Position numbers and translations under genes: made by a program
Notes under the pieces: model-generated
Seen by the model: the letters and a program-made list of their open reading frames with translations, nothing else
What the model was told of the DNA's origin: nothing
Databases searched by the model: none
Origin: an uncultured Chloroflexia bacterium
GTDB lineage: Bacteria > Chloroflexota > Limnocylindria > Limnocylindrales > CSP1-4
Direction of reading: 5' to 3'
Assembly (NCBI GenBank): GCA_963777975.1
Contig: CAVZSO010000010.1
Span: 118,847-182,846 of the forward strand
Length of the DNA: 64,000 nt
In this document: one piece after another, positions 58,472-64,000 of the stretch
Layout: each line of letters opens with the position of its first letter
Numbering within the stretch: position 1 is the first letter of the stretch

Positions 58472-58489
58472 TATTGACAACTATCAATA
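58472..58489. promoter_or_regulatory. inverted repeat TATTGA-CAACTA-TCAATA in the AT-rich divergent arsR / lysE-arsM promoter region; candidate ArsR operator
   Basis: Seen directly. Overlaps a minus-strand -35 TTGTCA (17 nt from -10 TATTAT), consistent with leaderless arsR. A plus-strand TATAAT sits at 58451-58456. Confidence 0.4.
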
Positions 58490-58509
58490 CAGCCAGTAGG
58501 GTCACCGGC

Positions 58510-59127
58510 ATGACGAATGTCATCATCGCCGGGATCGTGGCCGGCCTCGGTGTCGCCATCCCGGTCGGCGCCATCGCCGTCCTGATCATCGAGACCACGG
58601 TTCGCCATGGCTTTCGTGTCGGCTGGGCCGGTGGCGCGGGGGCCGCCACGGTCGATGGCGGCTACGCGCTGCTGGCCGCGTTCTTCGGCACCGCTGTCGC
58701 CGCCGTCCTTGCGCCCTGGACGGTGCCTCTGCAGCTCATCTCCGTCGGGCTCCTGGTTGCCATCGCGATGCGTGGGCTGTTGGCATTGCGCCGGCCGCCC
58801 GAGGCGGACATCGGGCAAGACCCGCCGACGATGCGCCGCGCCTACCTGCTGATCCTCGGCTTGACCGCCATCAACCCGCTCACCGTCACCTACTTCGTGG
58901 CGCTCATCCTGGGATTGCCGTCGCTTGCCCAGGACCCCGGCTCCCGCGTCGTCTTCGCGGCCTCGGCGTTCGCCGCCTCGCTGGCCTGGCAAACGTTCAT
59001 CGCCGGTGTCGGGGCCGTCGTCCATCACACAGCGTCGACGCGGATCCGGACCCTGACCTCGATCCTCGGCAGCCTGATCATCCTGGGCCTGGCCGGGCTG
59101 ATCCTCGTCGACCTCGTCCAGTCATAG
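58510..59127 (+). CDS. LysE/RhtB family exporter
   Basis: 206 aa, 6 TM; IIAGIVAGLGVAIPVGAIAVLIIETTVRHGFRVGWAGGAGAATVDGGYALLAAF is the typical LysE N-terminus. The upstream TTG-initiated ORF start at 58474 was rejected. Confidence 0.55.
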   Translation: MTNVIIAGIVAGLGVAIPVGAIAVLIIETTVRHGFRVGWAGGAGAATVDGGYALLAAFFGTAVAAVLAPWTVPLQLISVGLLVAIAMRGLLALRRPPEADIGQDPPTMRRAYLLILGLTAINPLTVTYFVALILGLPSLAQDPGSRVVFAASAFAASLAWQTFIAGVGAVVHHTASTRIRTLTSILGSLIILGLAGLILVDLVQS

Positions 59128-59186
59128 CCATGTCAGCCAACGCCCTGCCATCAAGGCGCGGGCGAGGAGCAGAAGGAGCACCGACC

Positions 59187-59954
59187 ATGACCACCATCCC
59201 GACCGCCGCCGACGAGCTGACCGAGTCCGTCCGAAGTCACTACGCCCGCACCGCCTTGAGCGTGCTCGAGTCGAGCGACGCGACGGCAGCTTGCTGTGAC
59301 GATGGCTGCTGTGGCGGCACGGACGCTCGATGGGGCGCCACCCTCTACGACCTCAGGGATCGCACGTCGCTGCCCGATGCCGCGGTGCTGGCCAGCCTCG
59401 GCTGCGGGAACCCGACCGCGATCGCCGACCTGCAGGAAGGCGATCGCGTCCTCGACCTGGGTTCCGGAGGCGGCATCGATGTCCTGCTCTCGGCCCAGCG
59501 TGTCGGCTCGGCCGGGCGTGCCTTCGGCCTCGACATGACGGACGAGATGCTCGCACTCGCCCAGCGCAATGCCGCCGACGCCGGAGCCACGAACGTCGAG
59601 TTCCTGAAGGGGCGCATCGAGGCCATCCCACTGCCCGCGGGATCGATCGACGTCGTCATCAGCAACTGCGTCATCAACCTCTCCGCCGACAAGCCGGCGG
59701 TCCTGGCCGAGATGGCGCGCGTCCTGCGGCCCGGTGGACGGATCGGCATCAGCGACGTCGTCGCCGACGACGCGCTCGAGCCCGAGGAGCGCGCGCGGCG
59801 CGGCAGCTTCGTCGGCTGCATCGCCGGCGCACTCTCGTTCCACGAGTATCGGCACGGCCTCGAGGCCGTCGGCTTCGCCGACATCGCGGTGACGGCGACG
59901 CACGCCGTGGCCGACGGGATGTGGTCGGCCATCATCACCGCCGTTCGGGCCTGA
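59187..59954 (+). CDS. arsM: arsenite S-adenosylmethionine methyltransferase (ArsM/AS3MT family)
   Basis: SLGCGNPTAIADL, VLDLGSGGGIDVLLSAQRVG, GLDMTDEMLALAQRNA, NVEFLKGRIEAIPLP, DVVISNCVINLSADK, VGCIAGAL. Near-identical motif order to characterised ArsM; the N-terminal Cys pair CCDDGCC is present. Confidence 0.8.
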   Translation: MTTIPTAADELTESVRSHYARTALSVLESSDATAACCDDGCCGGTDARWGATLYDLRDRTSLPDAAVLASLGCGNPTAIADLQEGDRVLDLGSGGGIDVLLSAQRVGSAGRAFGLDMTDEMLALAQRNAADAGATNVEFLKGRIEAIPLPAGSIDVVISNCVINLSADKPAVLAEMARVLRPGGRIGISDVVADDALEPEERARRGSFVGCIAGALSFHEYRHGLEAVGFADIAVTATHAVADGMWSAIITAVRA

Positions 59955-59995
59955 TCCCTCGGACCTCTGTGGCGGATCCCCGGGGCCCCGCCTGG

Positions 59996-60661
59996 CTAAG
60001 GGGCTCCATCCAGCGGGCGACCCTCGACGCAGACCACCTGGACGCCGAGCCGCTCCAGGCGTCGAACGGTCACCTCGCGACGGACCGTGAAGGCGGCCAG
60101 CTCGAGCCCGGCCTCGCGGACGATCCGCACCGAGCTCGGGCTGATGGACCGCCACTGAGCGGCGATCCCGCGGCACCCGAGCGACCGGGCGCGCTCGACG
60201 ACGCCGGCGTCGAGCCAGTCGCTGTTCAGCCAACGCGGCCACCGGGGGAGGCGTCGCGCGACCGCGACCAGGGCATCGGGCAGGTAGGACGACACCACGG
60301 CATCGGCAGGCTGAGGTCCTCGTGCCGCCTCGAGCAGGCGCGCGACCGTCGCGTTTGGCGTGACCTTCAGCTCGACGTCGAGGAACGCCGTCGACGGCAG
60401 GGCGGCGAGCACATCGGCCAGCGTGGGCACCCCGTAGCTCGCGAGGACGCCCGTTTCGGCCCCGACGACCGGGCCGTCGACGCCCTGGACACGCGTCAGC
60501 GACGGATCATGGATGACGACCGGCGTTCCGTCGGCGGCCAGGTGGACGTCGAACTCGAGCCCGTCGGAGCGAGCGGCCCGCGTGCCCGCGATCAGCGCCG
60601 CGAGGCTGTTCTCGGGCGCCGATCGCCAGTCGCCACGATGCGCCAGCCGCAGGATGCGCAT
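59996..60661 (-). CDS. ugpQ: glycerophosphodiester phosphodiesterase
   Basis: RLAHRGDWRSAPENSLAA, LEFDVHLAADGTPVVIHD. Confidence 0.7.
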   Translation of the reverse strand: MRILRLAHRGDWRSAPENSLAALIAGTRAARSDGLEFDVHLAADGTPVVIHDPSLTRVQGVDGPVVGAETGVLASYGVPTLADVLAALPSTAFLDVELKVTPNATVARLLEAARGPQPADAVVSSYLPDALVAVARRLPRWPRWLNSDWLDAGVVERARSLGCRGIAAQWRSISPSSVRIVREAGLELAAFTVRREVTVRRLERLGVQVVCVEGRPLDGAP

Positions 60662-60699
60662 CGGCGGCGTGCCCGATGACGTACCGGGCTCGACCGCCA

Positions 60700-61473
60700 T
60701 CAGGCGCCGATCTCGAGCTCGGCCAGGATGCCTCGGTGGTCGGAGGGGAAGAGGGTCGGGTCATCGACATCCGGCCGATCGAAGGCCAGGCGGGCCGAGC
60801 GCACCCTGACCAGGGCGCTGACCCAGACATAGTCGAGGCAGCGAGGCTGGCCATCGGTGTCCATGGCCGGCGCCTGGAGCCCGGACGGCCAGGTCACGTC
60901 GGGCTCGGCGCCATTCGCCTCTCGATAGGCGGACCGGAATCCGCCGTCGATCATGCGGCCATAGGTCGGTTCGAGCGGATCGGCATTGAAGTCGCCGGTC
61001 ACGATCGTGGCATCGGCAGCGGGCAGCCCCGACAGCCAGGTCAGCAGCGCATCGGCCTGCGCGGCCCGGATCTGGTCGTGCTCGTCACCGATCATGTGAT
61101 GGAGGTGCGTGTTGACGAGGCGCACGTGCAGCCCGTTCCCGAGCTGCAGCTCGGCCCGGCCGGCGCTCCGTTCAAAGCCCAGTGCCAGGCGATCGGCGTC
61201 GTCCGCCGGCGCCAGCCCGTCGGCCATCGGACGGCGGACCAGGATGCTGTTGCCGGCCTCATCGGGCCGGTAGGCCCAGGCGCGCCGGATGGCATAGTGG
61301 CCTTCGCCCGAGGCTGCCAGCAGCCGGTCCTGCTGCATGACGTAGACCGCCTCCTGGAGCCCTGCGACGTCCGGCTGGAGCGCCGCGAACTCGGCCAGCA
61401 GCAGCGGCAGGCGCTCCGGCCAGCGGTCCGCCATGTTGAGGATGTTGAGGGTCAGGACTCGGAGCGTCGGCAT
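60700..61473 (-). CDS. endonuclease/exonuclease/phosphatase (EEP) family protein
   Basis: LRVLTLNILN, GLQEAV, VNTHLHH, VTGDFNADP, PSDHRGILAEL. Confidence 0.65.
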   Translation of the reverse strand: MPTLRVLTLNILNMADRWPERLPLLLAEFAALQPDVAGLQEAVYVMQQDRLLAASGEGHYAIRRAWAYRPDEAGNSILVRRPMADGLAPADDADRLALGFERSAGRAELQLGNGLHVRLVNTHLHHMIGDEHDQIRAAQADALLTWLSGLPAADATIVTGDFNADPLEPTYGRMIDGGFRSAYREANGAEPDVTWPSGLQAPAMDTDGQPRCLDYVWVSALVRVRSARLAFDRPDVDDPTLFPSDHRGILAELEIGA

Positions 61474-61490
61474 CGTCGGACTCCCATGCG

Positions 61491-63077
61491 TCAGGCAGGC
61501 ACGAGTCGGCGCTCGAGGTTCTCGACCTCGAACCTGGCCAGCTCTCGAGCGACGCGTTCGGCATCCCAGCCCAGGCGCTCGACCGCGATGGCGGCGACCG
61601 CCTCGGCAGCCTCGCGACCGAGGTCGGGCCCGAAGCCCAGCATCAGACGACGGAGCACGATGTCGCCGAGCGTCTGCGCCCACTCGACGCCGATGGCGTG
61701 GGCGACCTCGGCGCGCAGCGCATCGCCGACCGGCAGCAGCGGCAACGACCACCAGCCGTCGGCGTCGGCGATGGCGCTGACCTCGGCAGCGCGAGCGCCG
61801 TAGATCCGCCACAGGCGGTGGGCGTACGGGCCGGCGGCGGCCGTCGGCTCGGGCGGCAAGGCCAGCGAGCCGACATCGGTGTCCGCGAGCGCGTGTCGAT
61901 CGCGTCGGTCGAGCAGCTCGTCGACGACTTCGGCGGCGATGGAACGCCAGGCGGTCAGCTTGCCACCGGCGACCGTCGTCAGGCCCGGTGCACCGTCGCG
62001 CGCGTGGTCCACCAGGAGATGCCGCCGCGAGACGCGGTTGGCGAGGCCCGACTCACGGACGAGCGATCGAACGCCGACGCTGCCCCAGAGCGGCTCCATG
62101 GCGTTCGACGCCGGCAGCACGCGGTTCGCGCCGCGCACGAGGTAGGCCACTTCTTCGGGCGTCACGCTGGCATCGTCCGGTCCACCGGGCACGTCGCGCT
62201 CGGTGGTGCCGATCATCGTCATGCCTTGCCAGGGGACCGCGAAACAGAGGCGCCGATCATCGGGATGCTCGAAGGCCACGGCATGCTCGGCCAGCCGCGG
62301 ATAGACGATGTGGATGCCCTGGACGAGGCGCAGCAGCGGTCGAGCCTCGAGGCCCATGCCGGCCAGGGTCGCGTCCGCCCACGGGCCGGTGGCGTTGATG
62401 GTCCGCCCGGCCATGACCGTCGCCGAGACCCCATCCAGCGTGCCGCTGAGCTCGACACCGACGACCCGCCCGCCGCCGTCACGGCGCAGGCCCGTCGCGG
62501 CCGTGTGGTTGCGCACCTCGGTGCCGGCCTCCTGCGCGGCGCGCAGGGCGTCGAGCACGAGGCGCTCGGGCAGCTCGACCTGGGCGTCCCAGTAGAGCGC
62601 GGCCTCGCTCAGTCGATCCGTCGAGAGGCCCGGCTCGATGGCCGCCGCGGCGGTGCGGCTCATGAACCGGTGTCGCGGCATCGAGCGGCGTGGGGACAGC
62701 AGGTCGTAGAGCGTCAGGCCGGCCCGGAGGCGCAGTCGGTGCCAGAGCGGCTCGTGGTAGAAGGGCAGGATGAAGGGCAGCGGCGTGACCAGGTTGGGCA
62801 TCCGTCGAAGCTGCCAGGCGCGCTCTCGCAGCCCCTCGCGAACGACGCCGATGTCGTAGTTGGCGAGGTACCGGAGGCCGCCGTGGATGAGCCGCGTGGA
62901 GCGGGCCGTGGTGCCCCAGGCGAAGTCTCGGCGCTCCACGAGCAGGGTCGACAGGCCGCGCCGCGAGAGCTCCTTGGCCACGCCTGCGCCGAGGATGCCG
63001 CCACCGATGACGACCGCGTCGACCCTGGACCCGTCGAGCCCGGCCACGCCCGAGGTCGTGACCCGGTCGACGCTCAC
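61491..63077 (-). CDS. glpD: FAD-dependent glycerol-3-phosphate dehydrogenase
   Basis: DAVVIGGGILGAGVAKELSRRG (FAD Rossmann), LIHGGLRYL. Proposed GTG start overlapping the glpK stop (GTGA). Confidence 0.75.
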   Translation of the reverse strand: MSVDRVTTSGVAGLDGSRVDAVVIGGGILGAGVAKELSRRGLSTLLVERRDFAWGTTARSTRLIHGGLRYLANYDIGVVREGLRERAWQLRRMPNLVTPLPFILPFYHEPLWHRLRLRAGLTLYDLLSPRRSMPRHRFMSRTAAAAIEPGLSTDRLSEAALYWDAQVELPERLVLDALRAAQEAGTEVRNHTAATGLRRDGGGRVVGVELSGTLDGVSATVMAGRTINATGPWADATLAGMGLEARPLLRLVQGIHIVYPRLAEHAVAFEHPDDRRLCFAVPWQGMTMIGTTERDVPGGPDDASVTPEEVAYLVRGANRVLPASNAMEPLWGSVGVRSLVRESGLANRVSRRHLLVDHARDGAPGLTTVAGGKLTAWRSIAAEVVDELLDRRDRHALADTDVGSLALPPEPTAAAGPYAHRLWRIYGARAAEVSAIADADGWWSLPLLPVGDALRAEVAHAIGVEWAQTLGDIVLRRLMLGFGPDLGREAAEAVAAIAVERLGWDAERVARELARFEVENLERRLVPA

Positions 63078-64000
63078 CGCGGCCGGCTCCGTGTCCGCTC
63101 CACGGCGTCGGCCCAACGGGCACGCTCAGCGGCTCGACGGGCCGCCGGCATCGCTGGCTCGAACCGAGCTGGGGTACCGACCAGGGCCGACAGCTCGGCA
63201 TCGTCCGCCCAGAGGCCGACGGCTCGACCGGCCAGCAGGGCGGCGCCGAGGGCCGTCGTCTCGGGGATGGCGGCTCGCTCGACGGGCCGGCCGAGCAAGT
63301 CCGCCTGGATCTGGAGCAGCAGGTCGTTGGTCGAGGCGCCGCCGTCGGCCCGCAACGTGGCAAGGTGCGGGGCGCCGCCGTTCTCCAGCGCCTCGACCAG
63401 ATCGACGACCTGGTGAGCGATGGCGTCGAGGGTCGCACGAGCGAGATGGGCGCGGGTCGTGCCTGCAGTCATGCCCGTGATGGTGCCACGCGCCTCGGCA
63501 TCCCAGTGCGGAGCTCCGAGACCGGCGAATGCCGGCACGAAGACGACGCCGGCGCTGTCGGGCACGGAGCCCGCCAACACCTCCACGTCGCCGGCGGCCT
63601 CGATGATGCCCAGGCCGTCTCGCAGCCAGCGGACGGCCGACCCTGCCACGAAGACGCTGCCCTCGATGGCATAGGCGACGTCGGCGTTGCCAGCGCCTGC
63701 GATGCGGCGCTGCCAGGCGACCGTGGCCAGCAGGCCGGCGGGCGGCTCGGGCACCATGGCGCCCGTCGTTTCGAGCAGGAAGCAGCCGGTGCCGTAGGTG
63801 TTCTTGGCCTCGCCGGGGCCCAGGCACAGCTGGCCGAAGAGCGCCGCCTGCTGGTCCCCGACCGCGGCTGCGATCGGGATCGGCGCGCCGAAGTGGGTCG
63901 GCTCGGTCATCCCGAAGCCGGCGTCGGTGGCTCGAACCTCGGGCAGCGCGGCCACCGGGATACCGAAGAGCTCGAGCTGCTCCGCCGACCAGGTCCTTGA
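63074..64000 (-). CDS. glpK: glycerol kinase, C-terminal portion (N-terminus beyond window end)
   Basis: NTYGTGCFLL, GSVFVAGSAVRWLRD, GGASTNDLLLQIQADLLGRPV; the upstream reading continues past 64000. Confidence 0.8.
   Translation of the reverse strand, partial: SRTWSAEQLELFGIPVAALPEVRATDAGFGMTEPTHFGAPIPIAAAVGDQQAALFGQLCLGPGEAKNTYGTGCFLLETTGAMVPEPPAGLLATVAWQRRIAGAGNADVAYAIEGSVFVAGSAVRWLRDGLGIIEAAGDVEVLAGSVPDSAGVVFVPAFAGLGAPHWDAEARGTITGMTAGTTRAHLARATLDAIAHQVVDLVEALENGGAPHLATLRADGGASTNDLLLQIQADLLGRPVERAAIPETTALGAALLAGRAVGLWADDAELSALVGTPARFEPAMPAARRAAERARWADAVERTRSRPR

Noticed and set aside
58474-58509. TTG-initiated N-terminal extension of the LysE-family gene
   Set aside because: The extension (MTTINTASRVTG) is translated from the AT-rich promoter/operator region. 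The ATG at 58510 gives the canonical LysE N-terminus.
1-64000. CRISPR arrays, tRNA/rRNA genes, integrases/transposases/prophage genes
   Set aside because: No repeat-spacer arrays, no tRNA-like T-arm/anticodon structures, and no recombinase or transposase motifs were recognised on either strand. The only tandem repeat is the 3 x 20-bp unit at 37214-37273.

Overview
This is a high-GC (about 70-73%) actinobacterial-type chromosomal segment. It is gene-dense and consists almost entirely of core metabolism genes; no mobile elements, CRISPR arrays, tRNAs or rRNAs were recognised. In order, the window contains: (i) a coenzyme F420 island with three LLM-class oxidoreductases (one Fgd-like), a PPOX-class enzyme, cofD, cofC and cofE, plus a large adenylate-cyclase/AAA-ATPase/TPR signalling protein embedded between cofD and cofC; (ii) trxB, a decayed spermidine-synthase-like gene and an MsbA-type ABC exporter; (iii) a three-gene module of a NEW3-repeat surface protein with an ABC-2 ATPase and permease, followed by a Fur-family regulator and an OsmC peroxiredoxin; (iv) an arginine cluster argC-argJ-argB-argR-argG, a convergent citrate synthase, a DinB-family gene with an ArgA-like GNAT, and a convergent argH; (v) metal homeostasis genes (NiCoT nickel/cobalt transporter, zur-zupT, pncA, a DMT transporter, ABC-2 exporter); (vi) a deoC-ALDH-short-ALDH block and an S9 peptidase; (vii) a polyphosphate locus ppk1, CYTH-CHAD, ppx; (viii) pstSCAB-phoU translationally coupled to a thioredoxin-type arsC and sixA; (ix) an arsenic module of arsR (with ETCACDL motif), a LysE-family exporter and arsM; (x) a glycerophosphodiester and glycerol catabolic block ugpQ-EEP-glpD-glpK. 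The most striking sequence-level observation is at least eleven +1 frameshifts (single-base insertions) in otherwise well-conserved genes (mtnP, speE-like x4, ABC ATPase, argR, ppk1, arsC, sixA). All are in the same direction, which points to an insertion-biased sequencing artefact rather than biology. Several AT-rich palindromes in promoter regions (ARG boxes, a Zur box, an ArsR operator, a palindrome upstream of the nickel transporter, a SigH/R-like promoter at trxB) and a 20-bp tandem triplication carrying three ATGs were also found.
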